Shown here one piece after another: positions 20,057 to 30,168 of a stretch of 64,000 nt of DNA. The stretch covers positions 2,496,001 through 2,560,000 of the forward strand of contig CAXXLZ010000002.1 in the NCBI GenBank assembly GCA_963675595.2, read 5' to 3'. Numbering within the stretch: position 1 is the first letter of the stretch; each line of letters begins with the position of its first letter. The translations under genes and the position numbers were made by a program. Under the pieces are notes generated by a model. That model made no database searches, was not told where the DNA came from, and saw only the letters and a program-made list of their open reading frames with translations. The stretch comes from Thermodesulfobacteriota bacterium. Lineage in GTDB: Bacteria > Desulfobacterota > Desulfarculia > JACQYL01.

Positions 20057-20833
20057 GTGCCGCCCGCAACAAACGACGCTTCAGGCGATGGAAGCTTCTC
20101 GGTCAGGCTGGAGCCCTTCGAAGGGCCCCTGGACCTGCTGCTCTTTCTCGTTCGAAAGAACGAACTCGACATTTATGATATTCCCATCGCCCGGGTCACC
20201 AAACAATACCTGGAGTATATCGATTTAATTCGGACTTTGAACCTGGACCAGGCGGGCGACTTCCTGGCCATGGCGGCCACGCTGGTTCACATCAAATCCA
20301 GAATGTTGCTGCCCGAACCTGCGGGTCCGGAAGAAGAAGCGGAAGACCCTCGGCAGGAAATCATTCAGCCTCTCCTGGAATACGCTCGGCTCAAGGAAGC
20401 GGCGGCCTTGCTCGAAAAGCGGCATCTTCTGGACCGGGACGTTTTCACGAGAGACTTCGTGTCGGACGAGCTTTTTGACCCCGAAGAGGAAGAACTGGTG
20501 CGGGTATCTCTTTTTGACCTGCTGTCGGCCTTCAAGGAAGTGATCGCGCACTCCACCGGGAAGGTGCTTCTTGCGCTGGATCGTTTCGAATGCACGCTCG
20601 AAGAAAAGGTTTCGGACATTCTCGAACGCCTGGGCCGTTCAAGAAACCTGCTCTTCACCGAGCTCTTCACCGACCTCCACCGAAGGGAGTTGGTCGTCAC
20701 CTTTCTAGCGATCCTCGAACTTCTGAAACTCAACCTCATCCAGGTCGTTCAGCCCGCACAAGGCGGGATCATGCGGGTCTATCTCGTGACGCAACCTTCA
20801 CCGGCATACGGGAGCGATGACAACACAACTTAA
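20057..20833 (+). CDS. scpA: Segregation and condensation protein A
   Basis: FEGPLDLLL, IKSRMLLP, VVTFLAILEL. Confidence 0.95.
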   Translation: MPPATNDASGDGSFSVRLEPFEGPLDLLLFLVRKNELDIYDIPIARVTKQYLEYIDLIRTLNLDQAGDFLAMAATLVHIKSRMLLPEPAGPEEEAEDPRQEIIQPLLEYARLKEAAALLEKRHLLDRDVFTRDFVSDELFDPEEEELVRVSLFDLLSAFKEVIAHSTGKVLLALDRFECTLEEKVSDILERLGRSRNLLFTELFTDLHRRELVVTFLAILELLKLNLIQVVQPAQGGIMRVYLVTQPSPAYGSDDNTT

Positions 20834-21371
20834 AGCGATTATTGAATGTCTGCTCTATCTCGCCGAAGAGCCGCTCCCGGTGAAACGCCTTCGGGAAACG
20901 ATTCCCGGCGCGGAAACACGGGAAATCGTTTCCGCCGTCGAGGAGCTGCAGCAGGACTATGAATCGGAAAGCCGCGGAATGGAACTCCGCGAAGTGGCGG
21001 GCGGATATCAACTCAGAAGCCGACCCGAGTTCAAAGATTACATCAAGAGGTTCCGGCGCGTGGAGCCTTCCCGTTTGAGCCGCGCCGCCATGGAAACATT
21101 GGCCATCATCGCCTACAAGCAACCCATCCTCAAATCGGAAGTGGAAAGGCTCCGCGGCGTGGAAGTAGGCGGCATTCTCAGGACCCTGATGGAAAAGGGA
21201 TTGATTCGTGTCGTGGGCAGGAAGAACCTGCCGGGTCGGCCGATCATTTACGGCACCACCAAAAAATTTCTGGGTGTTTTCGAACTCAAAGACCTGTCGG
21301 AACTCCCCACTCTTGAAGAATTCACCCAAATCACCGGGGAGACCCTACATGCCTACAGAGAGGATTCATAA
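20817..21371 (+). CDS. scpB: Segregation and condensation protein B
   Basis: LSRAAMETLAIIAYKQP, GRPIIYGTT, LSELP. Confidence 0.95.
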   Translation: MTTQLKAIIECLLYLAEEPLPVKRLRETIPGAETREIVSAVEELQQDYESESRGMELREVAGGYQLRSRPEFKDYIKRFRRVEPSRLSRAAMETLAIIAYKQPILKSEVERLRGVEVGGILRTLMEKGLIRVVGRKNLPGRPIIYGTTKKFLGVFELKDLSELPTLEEFTQITGETLHAYREDS

Positions 21372-22128
21372 GATTATCGCGTGCTTCGGATACGCTTCGA
21401 GGCGCAAGGCCGAGGATTTCATACGCGATGGCCGAGTTACGGTGAACGGAAAAATCGTCACCCAATTGGGCACTGCGGCGGACCCGCAGCAGGACGTCAT
21501 TTGTCTGGACGGTGCCCGCATCCAACCTCCCGCAGGAAAGATGACCGTCCTGTTGAACAAACCGAGGGGCGTGGTTTCCACCATGCAGGACCCACAGGGC
21601 CGAAAAACCGTCCGCGATCTGGTGTCCGACATCCCTCGCCGCCTCTTCCCTGTCGGACGCCTCGACGCGGACAGCGAGGGACTGATTCTCATGACCGACG
21701 ACGGTGACTTGGCCCTGAAAGTGATGCATCCCCGCTATGAAGTCCACAAGACTTACGAAGCCCTGGTCGAGGGATATGAAAAGGCCGGCCAACTGCTGAA
21801 ACTGGAGAAGGGAGTGAAGCTCAGCGACGGCCCCACGGGTCCCGCGGAAGTGAAACTGCTGAGCAAGTCCGGAAGACTCACCTGGATTCGCATCCGGATT
21901 TCGGAGGGGAAAAATCGACAGGTCCGCCGAATGTGCGGCAAGGTCGGGCTCAACGTACTCCGCCTCAAACGGGTCGCTTTGGGGGGGCTATGGCTGGGAG
22001 ACCTGCCCGACGGCACCCACCGGGAGCTCAAGCCCTGGGAATTGAAAAAGCTCTTCGCGAAATCGAACCGGTCGTCGGGTCGTTCCGCGGGAAAGCCGAA
22101 ACCGCCCCCAGCGAGAAATGAACTATAG
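21349..22128 (+). CDS. rluB: rRNA pseudouridine synthase (RluB/RsuA family)
   Basis: S4 domain SRRKAE, LNKPRG, PVGRLD, EGKNRQVRRM; usual position after scpB. Confidence 0.9.
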   Translation: MPTERIHKIIACFGYASRRKAEDFIRDGRVTVNGKIVTQLGTAADPQQDVICLDGARIQPPAGKMTVLLNKPRGVVSTMQDPQGRKTVRDLVSDIPRRLFPVGRLDADSEGLILMTDDGDLALKVMHPRYEVHKTYEALVEGYEKAGQLLKLEKGVKLSDGPTGPAEVKLLSKSGRLTWIRIRISEGKNRQVRRMCGKVGLNVLRLKRVALGGLWLGDLPDGTHRELKPWELKKLFAKSNRSSGRSAGKPKPPPARNEL

Positions 22129-22250
22129 CAGACCATCGAGGAAGGCCGGTTACTACAGGCCGGCGAAAAACCATGACCTACAAGGCGCAAGAATCCCGAG
22201 GGATGAGGTGCACATAGAGTACGCCGTGGATCGCGTTTTTCAACATTCAG
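22128..22250. repeat. Dispersed MITE-like element, copy 2 (internally deleted)
   Basis: CAGGCCGGCGAAAAA...CAAGGCGC...GAGG..CACATAGAGTACG...GGATCGCGTTTTTCAAC matches both ends of 46396-46519. Confidence 0.65.
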
Positions 22251-22379
22251 ATAGTGCATGAACCGAATACACCCTTTCCGGACGTTCTCCGAACGCCTCC
22301 GTCGTGATTTCGTTGAAAGCCGGCCGTTGAACACCTCGACTCAAACCACTGAATTGTACCGAGTCATCGGAGGTCTCCC

Positions 22380-23177
22380 ATGAAGATTCATCCCACCGCC
22401 GTCGTTCATCCAGATGCCGACCTGGCTTCGGACATTGAGGTCGGCCCGTACGCCGTTATCGAGGACCACGTGTCCATCGGGCAAGGTTGCCGCATTATGG
22501 CGGGAGCCCATATCAAATCCTTCACCACCATGGGCGAAGGGAACATGGTGCACACCGGAGCGGTGATCGGGGACCTGCCCCAGGACTTGGCTTTCGAAAA
22601 CCGGGAAAGCTATCTTCAAATCGGCGACAACAACCGGTTTCGGGAGCACTTCACCGCCCACCGGGGCACCAAGCCCGGCAGCACCACCGTGATCGGCAAC
22701 GACTGTTTTTTCATGGTCGGCTCCCATGTGGCCCATAATTGCAGCATAGGCGACCATGTGGTTCTGGTGAACAACGCCCTACTGGCCGGATATGTCGAAG
22801 TGGAAGACCATGTCACCATGAGCGGCGGCTGCCTTGTGCACCAGTTCTGCCGTATCGGCAGATTCGCGTTCATGCGAGGCGGCTCGTCCACCTCCCGCGA
22901 CGTGCCTCCTTTTTGCATGGTGGACGGAATCCATACGGTTCGAGGCATAAACCTGGTGGGATTGCAGAGGGCGGGATTCTCCAAAGACAGGATACGCGCC
23001 CTGAAAAATGCGTTTGCGATGCTCTTCAGCTCGGCCTGCAACCTTTCCAAGGCCGTGGAACGGGTCCAAGCGGAAGTGCCGCAAACCGAGGACGTGGTTT
23101 ACCTGCTGGAGTTCATCCGAGCCTCCAAACGCGGCGTGGCCGCCGGAAAAAAGGAGTCCCGGTCGGCGCATGGCTGA
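22380..23177 (+). CDS. lpxA: UDP-N-acetylglucosamine O-acyltransferase
   Basis: Hexapeptide repeats, PQDL, HRGT, SHVAHNC, VHQFCRIG, GINLVGLQRAG. Confidence 0.93.
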   Translation: MKIHPTAVVHPDADLASDIEVGPYAVIEDHVSIGQGCRIMAGAHIKSFTTMGEGNMVHTGAVIGDLPQDLAFENRESYLQIGDNNRFREHFTAHRGTKPGSTTVIGNDCFFMVGSHVAHNCSIGDHVVLVNNALLAGYVEVEDHVTMSGGCLVHQFCRIGRFAFMRGGSSTSRDVPPFCMVDGIHTVRGINLVGLQRAGFSKDRIRALKNAFAMLFSSACNLSKAVERVQAEVPQTEDVVYLLEFIRASKRGVAAGKKESRSAHG

Positions 23178-23228
23178 CCCGAGGATCGGGCAGGCTGAGC
23201 CGGCTCCCCGACAAACGGAAGTCAGCGG

Positions 23229-23328
23229 TTCCCTGAAGGAATCCGGCTGCCGAGGGCCGGTATAAAACGACTACATGCGAAAAGCTCGGATACCGAGGAT
23301 TGCGGTTTTCAGGCTTTTTCTATAGTTC
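23229..23328. repeat. Degenerate copy 3 of the MITE-like element
   Basis: CCCTGAAGGAATCCG...GCCGGTATAAAACGACTACATGC resembles CCCGCTGAAAAAGTCCG...CTGTTGAAAAACGATGACATGC. Confidence 0.4.
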
Positions 23329-23365
23329 CGGGTCACGAAACTGCACGATTCGGCAACATTGGGTT

Positions 23366-25594
23366 TCACGGCTCGTCCAGCGCCAAGCGAAATCCCAGAT
23401 CATTGGACGCCTCGTCGGGAAGAGCGTATTCCCGGTAGGCGGAACGGCAGTACCGGGCGCCCCTGTTCCAGCTCCCTCCGCGCACGGTTTTTCCCGCGCC
23501 TGAAGCGGGGCCGACGGGGTCCATGACCGGAGTCGGATCGTATGCGCCATAGTAGTCGGCGGTCCACTCGAACACGTTTCCGTTCATGTCGCGGAGCCCC
23601 CAAGAATTCGCGTTCTTCAGTCCTACCGGCCGAGTCCCGCTGGAGGCGTTCCCGCAATACCATCCCAGCACGTCCAGAGCCGCATCGTAGGCGCAGTCCA
23701 AAGCCGTGACCTGTCCGTTGGGCAGACCGGTATCCGTACCGGCTCGGGACGAGTATTCCCATTCCGCCTCCGTGGGCGGTCGATAAGCTTTGCCTTCCTT
23801 GTTGCTCAGCCATTGAGCAAAGGCCTGCACATCGTTAAAGGAAACACAAGTGACCGGATGGGAATCCTCCTGGGCGAAACCGGGATTGTCCCAAGCGGCG
23901 CCGGATTTCTTGGTCCACGTATCTCCTTCCAGGATCCAGGCCCATCCCTTCCTTTCGGCGTCCGTCACGTAGGAGCTCGCCTGAATGAACGAACGAAATT
24001 GTCCCACCGTGACTTCCGTGGTCTGAAGATGAAAAGCCCGGGTCAGGGTTACTTGCCGGCGGGGGTTTTCATTGAGGTATCTGCCGGGTTCCCCTTCCGG
24101 GCTCCCCATGGTGAACGTTCCGGCCGGCACGGGGGCAAAGCTCATACCCAGTGAGTTGGTCAGAGTGCCCTGCCCCCCGGAGGGCGCGGCCAATCCGGCG
24201 TACAAAATCTCTTTGGGCGAAGGCGCTATGGGGGCCGCGAAGCAACGATCCAAAGGCGTGAGCTGATCGCCCTCTTCCCCGAAAAACATGGTCAGGGTCA
24301 AATTGCCTCCTCCATATTGGGAGGCGAAGATTCCGTCTTCCACCTCGGAGTCCAGGAACACGTAGAAATCCCGGTTGTCCGGCGTGGCGATGATCAGAGC
24401 CGACCCGGTAGAATAGGACTGTATGTAATAATTCATATTGGCGGAAACGCACGAATCCTTCCAAATTCCCTGATTCAGCGGCTCCACGGGAACTCCGAAC
24501 TGCTTGGTCAAAGAAAAGGTCTCGGGAGCCGATCGCGGTTTCTCCAATGTGGCGAGGGCTTCGCGGTCGCTGATGAACTCAATCGACAAACGCTTGCCTT
24601 CTCCCTGCATGTCATCCCCGCCGATCCCGTCGGAGAAATCCGAATCCAGGAACGAGTTGAACGACGAAAGATCGGCCGTGGAGATGACCACGGCGGAACC
24701 CGTATCATAGGTCTGCACGTAGAAATTCATGGAGGGAGCCGCGTCCTTCCAGACTCCGTCGTAGGGCTGCTCCGGCCGGATCATCTGGAAAGTGGTGTTG
24801 AAAAGCTCTTTTCTATGCTGTGGGCAGTCGATGTCGTTGTTCATGTAGTAGATGAACTTCCACTCGCCCGGCGTCAGGTTCTTGCCGGCCACGTCGAGTT
24901 TGGCCAGGTGCCAGTATTCACCGTAACCGTTGGACCAGTAAGTTTGGACGGTTTCAATGTATTCGCCCCCAGGCCCCTCGAACACGTAGGAACCCCAAGA
25001 CGCGGAATTCACGTGCTGTAATCGAATGATCATCCACACTTCCCGGTCTTCCGTGGTCACCACTCCGTCATCAAAGGTGAACAGGCACTCGATTTCGCTG
25101 GGCATGGGGATCCTGCCCCGAGGGTTCTTGCACATCTGTACGCCCACGAATTCGGCGGGCTGGAAATCCGCCGCAATGTAAGCCATCAAATCGATTTCCA
25201 GCTCGCTTTCGTCCGCATCGTCGCTGAGAAGCACCAACGTGGCCAGGGCCGAACTGCTGGAAATCAGGTCCGGATCAAAGCGCAGAGTCAAAGTCATGGA
25301 ACCGCCGGGCTGAACCCGCTCCGGCCTTCCCGGCGCATCCAGCACGGTGAAGGCTTCGGCGTCCCAGCCTTCCAAGGCCACGCCCGTGAGAGTGAGGGCC
25401 CCCGTGCCAAGATTCGAAACCACGAGGGGCAGATCACGACGTATGCCTTGGGAGGTGTCGAATACCAAAAAGGATTCCGAAACCGAAATTTCAGGTTCTT
25501 GGGCCCGGGCGGCGCTCGCGAACCCCAATGAGATCAGAAGAACCAAGACCAATGCGGGAACCATTGGTCGGAAGACTGCGATCCGGTAAGACAT
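23366..25594 (-). CDS. Secreted multidomain protein: ASH/Ig-like domain, two copies of an unnamed repeat, C-terminal FGE-sulfatase domain
   Basis: RBS GGAGG before MSYRIA; signal peptide ending ARA-Q; VSNLGTGALTL Ig domain; FTMGS, TEVT, RPPTEAEWEY, DMNGNVFEW, RGGSW, NDLGFR. Confidence 0.85.
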   Translation of the reverse strand: MSYRIAVFRPMVPALVLVLLISLGFASAARAQEPEISVSESFLVFDTSQGIRRDLPLVVSNLGTGALTLTGVALEGWDAEAFTVLDAPGRPERVQPGGSMTLTLRFDPDLISSSSALATLVLLSDDADESELEIDLMAYIAADFQPAEFVGVQMCKNPRGRIPMPSEIECLFTFDDGVVTTEDREVWMIIRLQHVNSASWGSYVFEGPGGEYIETVQTYWSNGYGEYWHLAKLDVAGKNLTPGEWKFIYYMNNDIDCPQHRKELFNTTFQMIRPEQPYDGVWKDAAPSMNFYVQTYDTGSAVVISTADLSSFNSFLDSDFSDGIGGDDMQGEGKRLSIEFISDREALATLEKPRSAPETFSLTKQFGVPVEPLNQGIWKDSCVSANMNYYIQSYSTGSALIIATPDNRDFYVFLDSEVEDGIFASQYGGGNLTLTMFFGEEGDQLTPLDRCFAAPIAPSPKEILYAGLAAPSGGQGTLTNSLGMSFAPVPAGTFTMGSPEGEPGRYLNENPRRQVTLTRAFHLQTTEVTVGQFRSFIQASSYVTDAERKGWAWILEGDTWTKKSGAAWDNPGFAQEDSHPVTCVSFNDVQAFAQWLSNKEGKAYRPPTEAEWEYSSRAGTDTGLPNGQVTALDCAYDAALDVLGWYCGNASSGTRPVGLKNANSWGLRDMNGNVFEWTADYYGAYDPTPVMDPVGPASGAGKTVRGGSWNRGARYCRSAYREYALPDEASNDLGFRLALDEP

Positions 25595-25755
25595 GGCGAA
25601 ACCTCCCATGCGTGGTGGGAAACATCCGGTGCACTTCTTCACGCGAACGAGCGACCTCGTCCGGCAATGACTTGTCGAAAGGAAATTCACTACTGATCGG
25701 CCGATATCACCTGAGCTGAAGCGCAACACCTCAGATCGCGTTCTTCGTCGGCCGG

Positions 25756-26739
25756 TTAAAGGCCGCCTCCGCCGCCCGCACTAAGTCCGCTCTGCTCCAA
25801 CAGCACCAGGTGCTCCGTGGTTTTCCCCGCTTTGACGACGGCCGCCTGAATGTCCTCATCCATGGTTCCTTTCAGAAACCGCAGCCGGACCCAATATTTG
25901 CCGGCAGGCAGTTCCACGGGCGCCAAAGGAGTGACCCCCAGGGGCCGCCAGTCCGCGTCCTCGCTCGTGGGCGCGAACCAGTGTCCGGCGGCCGAAACCA
26001 CATAGGCTTCCGCCTGATCTTTCATGGTGTTGATGAAGAGCAGCCCCTTATTCGAAGATTCCACGCCCGTGGATACAGCCGGGGGCGACGGTTTCGTCGT
26101 AGCGGGGGACGGAGTGCGGGAGGCCGTCTTCACCGATTCTCGAGGAGTGTCGGCCTTCTTCGCCGGGGACGGCTCCACTTTCCCGACGGCCCTCTGTTCC
26201 GGCGGAACCAACCGCGGTGAAGACTTCATGGGCTGGATGCGCGTCGCAGCCTCATCCCGGTCCCCCAACAGGAGATCGTCCGCAGAGGTCCGAGCCGTGT
26301 TGATCAGCTCGTCTTCTGGACACCTGCAGTTTCGGCTGACCCGCCGTTTGACGCCCGGAGCGTCCCCGCCGGTGTCCAGAAGTCTCAAATGGATGGAATA
26401 GGTGTCCCCCAGTTTGGAAAGGGTGCCCACCACCATATATCGGGTTCCCAATTCGCGGGCCGCGTCGATGACGCAACGGGTGTCCGTTTCCGCGCCGATC
26501 TCCTGAATGCACTGCATTCGATCCAGAATGGCGTACACATCCTCCTTGCTCATGACTTCATACACGCCCTGGGCGAAAATCTGATCGCGGATGTGCTCGG
26601 AGAGAATCTTGGAGACCACCTTGTCCACGTTGAGCGCTTTCAGGTCCAGGACCGATATCTTTTCGCGGGCTTGTACCGTTCCCGAGCTCGCCCACACCAA
26701 GATTAGACAGCCGACCAGAAACATAGTCCGTTTCAACAT
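25756..26739 (-). CDS. Secreted protein: CsgG/FlgO-like alpha/beta domain, Pro/Ser/Thr linker, PEGA-like domain, Gly-rich C-terminus
   Basis: Signal peptide (VQA-R); ISVLDL...ELGTRYMVVGTLSKLG; LGVTPL...LPAGKY; ends AGGGGGL. Confidence 0.65.
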   Translation of the reverse strand: MLKRTMFLVGCLILVWASSGTVQAREKISVLDLKALNVDKVVSKILSEHIRDQIFAQGVYEVMSKEDVYAILDRMQCIQEIGAETDTRCVIDAARELGTRYMVVGTLSKLGDTYSIHLRLLDTGGDAPGVKRRVSRNCRCPEDELINTARTSADDLLLGDRDEAATRIQPMKSSPRLVPPEQRAVGKVEPSPAKKADTPRESVKTASRTPSPATTKPSPPAVSTGVESSNKGLLFINTMKDQAEAYVVSAAGHWFAPTSEDADWRPLGVTPLAPVELPAGKYWVRLRFLKGTMDEDIQAAVVKAGKTTEHLVLLEQSGLSAGGGGGL

Positions 26740-26817
26740 GGATTCCCCGCTCCCGCTTTCGTTCTTGAGTTACGGTCCGGATTCGACTCGGCGCGAATCG
26801 CGTTCTCCAACAGCTTT

Positions 26818-29800
26818 TTAAGGTGACGACCTCACCAGGCGGAGGCCAAGTCACGTGTAACGGGTCTCTTGGGTGATGTTCCAGCGACGCGCGGAACGGC
26901 CGCACGAAGCACTGTGAAACCAGCAACCTCCTCGAAAGACCCGGTACTCGCCCGCGGCGGGACCCGTGGGATCGGTCACCGGCGCGGCGGGATATTCGCC
27001 GTAGTGGTCCTGACAGGCTTCCCACACGTTGCCGCTCATGTCGTACAGCCCCCAGGGATTGGGCGTCTTCTGCGCCACGGGATGGGTGGTATCGCCCGAG
27101 TTGTAACAATACCAACCGATGGCGGCCGCATTGGGATCGTAACCACATTCCGGCTCGGTATTCGCGCCGTTGAAAAACGCGGTGGTAGTGCCGGCCCGAG
27201 CCGCGTATTCCCATTCGGCCTCCGTGGGCAGCCGGTAAGTCCCTTCACCTCGCTGATTCATTTTCGCAACGAACGTTTGAATTTCGTCCCAGGATACCAT
27301 TTCCACCGGGCAGTTGTCTCCGCAGGCGGTGAAATAGGAGGGGTTGCTCCCCCCCATCACCGCTTTCCACTGGCCCTGCGTCACTTCGGTGGTCTGTATG
27401 TAGAAGCCCCGGGTCAACGTCACCTGGTGCTGCCGCTCGTCGCCTTGCCGGTAGGTCTCGCTGGTGGGACTCCCCATGGCGAAGGACCCGGGAGTGATGT
27501 ATTTGAACTTCATGCCCAAGGAATTGGTGAAGGTCTCCCCAGCGACCCAGCATGCCGGAGCGCTTCCCCCGATATACTGATAGGTTTCCCCCAATTCATA
27601 GAGAAAGCCGGCACGGGTCAGATATCCGATGGGAATGGGATTCGGCGCTTTGGACCAGGTTTGGCCCTGCTTCCAGGCGGACTGGTAGGCCTGAACTTCG
27701 GACCATTCCAGCCGAAAATCCGCGTTCAGGTCCGCAGGATGCGCATTGGCCGGATCGGCAAAGGGACCTATGTCGAACTCATCCGCGTCCGACAAAGTGG
27801 ATACCGCAGTCGTCGCTCCGGCGGGAGAAGCGAACGCTTTGTTCATCGAAAACGCGTTGAAGGCTCCGCTCGGGAACGTAAGCCCGCCGTTGGCTCGGCT
27901 TGTGGAAACGAAGTTCATGAAAAACTGCCGCCCCAGCCCGGCCAGGTCATTGGCCGCATTGATTCCGTCGGAGTAGTCCGGATCCAGGAACGCGGTCCAC
28001 GTTTTCAAGTCCGGGGTGAGGATCACCAGGGCGGACCCGGCGTCATACGTCTGAACATACGCGTTCATGGAACCGTCCTCAGCCTTGAAGATGCCGTCAT
28101 ACCCGCCGACGGGATCGGGGATTCCGAAGTTTTTCTCCAAAGTCCAGGATGCGGTCCGTCCATCGGCATAAGACAGGGAGGCTGAAATCCGGCCGTCTTC
28201 CTGAAGGTTCATGGTCAATCGATGTCCCATGCCGGCATAGTCCTGCAAGTCCGTGATGCCGTCGGCCCAGGAGCCTTCCACGAATACGAACCATTCTTGA
28301 AGATCGGGCGTCAAAATCACCACGGCCGAGCCCGTGTCATAGGTCTGGACATAGGCGTTCATGTCGTTGCCGGCGGATTTGTAGATTCCGTCGGCAAACT
28401 TGTCGGGAACGGACTTGGTGAATAAGGCGGTCTTGGGGGAAGACACGGTTCCTTCATCGTCGGCCGCGAAAAAGGTCACTTGGTACTCCCCTGTCCGATT
28501 GAAGCCGTGATAATCGGCCTCCCAGCGGTTGCCTTTGTACTCCAAATAGACCAAATCCAAGTCCGAATCCGTAACCGGTTGGGAGGCGGAGTCGTGTTCG
28601 AATCCGGGGGGAATGATCACAGCCCAGGCCTGGTCGATGATTCCCGTGCCCGAATACTCGATTTTCGCCCACAACACCGCTCCCGATTCCCCTCCGACAT
28701 CGGCGTCCGGGCAAACTTCGGCGATCGTGGGAACGGAGGCCGCGGACCCTTGTGATTCCCCGATAACATGGCTGGAAGCGACGGTCCTGTCCGAATCCTG
28801 CTGATCGAAGCCGGTGCTGGCGATGCCGTCGCCGTCGGCGTCGAAAAGCGGTATCTGCTGTCTTGTCTTGCCGTCGGCATCCCTTCCCAGGTTGGACCAC
28901 CTGAGGTCTTCCGCGGTGTTCACAAAAGCGGCGAACAGGTCGTAATCATTTTGAACTTCCTGCCAGAATTTCTGAGAAAAGGAATTGTGCCCTTCCCGCA
29001 ACAAGATGGCTTCATCTTCCGGTTGGGTGCTTGCGATCACGATTCGAGGCTTGCCCGTCTTCGGGGCCAATCCCTCGATGAAGCTGCCCGAATGACACGC
29101 CTCGACGATCACCACGATGGTGCCGGAAATGGTTTCATCGAGCTCGTCCAGCCACGGTTTCAGTTGATAGGTGTAAAGCGCTTCGGTGGGGCTGAGAAAC
29201 ACCTTCCCTTCCGTACCGTGATCCACCAGATAGAGGATCACGTCCCGAGCCCCTTTCGCCCATTCCGTTAACGCGTACTTGACCTGGGCCGTGGTGGAAT
29301 CGCCGTCCCGATATTCTCTGGGTGTTTCCCCTTCCGACGAGGGCGGGTCCAAATAGTAGATGGTCCCCGAGGTGAAGCCCCGCCGGGCCAGCGCGGTATA
29401 CGCGAAGTCGCCGCAATTCCTGAAGGACGCCAGAAGCGAGTCGTTTTGCGCCTGCTTTCCGATGACGATGACGGCCTTGTCCGCGGCGGTCGCTCCCACG
29501 CGGATGGTGGTCACTTTGATGTCCGGGCCGCAGGCGTTGCCGGCCGTGAGCGTGTAGGTGGTGGTTTCCCTCGGAGAGACGGTCGCGGTGCCCTGCCCCG
29601 GGTCGATATCCCCGACGCCGTTGTCGATTCGCGCGGAACTCGCGTTGGATATGCTCCACGAGAGGGTCGCCGACCCGCCCAAATCGATCTGATTGGGCTC
29701 GGCCCGGAAAAACTCAATACTCGGAAATTGGCAACCCACGGATATCACGGACTCTCCGGCGACCCCGGAATCGGAGCCGTCGAAACTGCCCGTTCCCACA

Positions 29801-30168
29801 ACCGCATGATTCCCGTCGGGAGCGGTCACGGTATAGGAAAGGTTTCTGGGAGCGGCATCCAGGAAAAGTCCCCATTTCACTTTGCCGTTCACCGCGTCGT
29901 ACGTGCCGTTTTCACTGATGTCCGACGGAGAAACGGCCGAGGGCACGCCTTCCTCCACGGCCCAGGCCGATGCCGTGCCTTGGGGGTCCGCGTGAATGGT
30001 CACCGTGGGAGAGGTCGAAGTGCCGCCAACGGATCGAGTGGTCTCTCCCGCTTGGATGGGAAAGGCGAAGGCACATAGGAAGAAGACGGTGAAAAACCAA
30101 CAGGCGTGCAGTGTGGAGGAGGTCGTTCCCATGCGGTGAGACTGCGGTCTGATTCCGGACACGGTCAT
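26818..30168 (-). CDS. Large secreted protein: Ig-like domains, C13/legumain-like clan CD peptidase, two unnamed repeats, dockerin-like motif, FGE-sulfatase domain; in-frame TGA at 26851-26853 (candidate Sec; otherwise ends 26851)
   Basis: Signal peptide (IQA-G); YLVDHG and VEACHSG His/Cys dyad; RLPTEAEWEYAARAG, DMSGNVWE, RGGCW; after the TGA the frame continues LGLRLVRSSP-TAA, matching LGFRLALDEP of the paralog. Confidence 0.8.
26822..26836 (-). promoter_or_regulatory. Candidate bacterial SECIS hairpin
   Basis: Minus strand GGTGA-GGTCG-TCACC, 5-bp stem, loop begins GGUC, 19 nt 3' of the in-frame TGA. Confidence 0.55.

Noticed and set aside
23366-26960. FGE-domain C-termini as diversity-generating retroelement targets
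   Set aside because: No reverse transcriptase, no AAC-rich template repeat and no near-identical nucleotide pair in the window; codons at would-be variable sites are not consistently NNC/NNT. Action in trans cannot be excluded.
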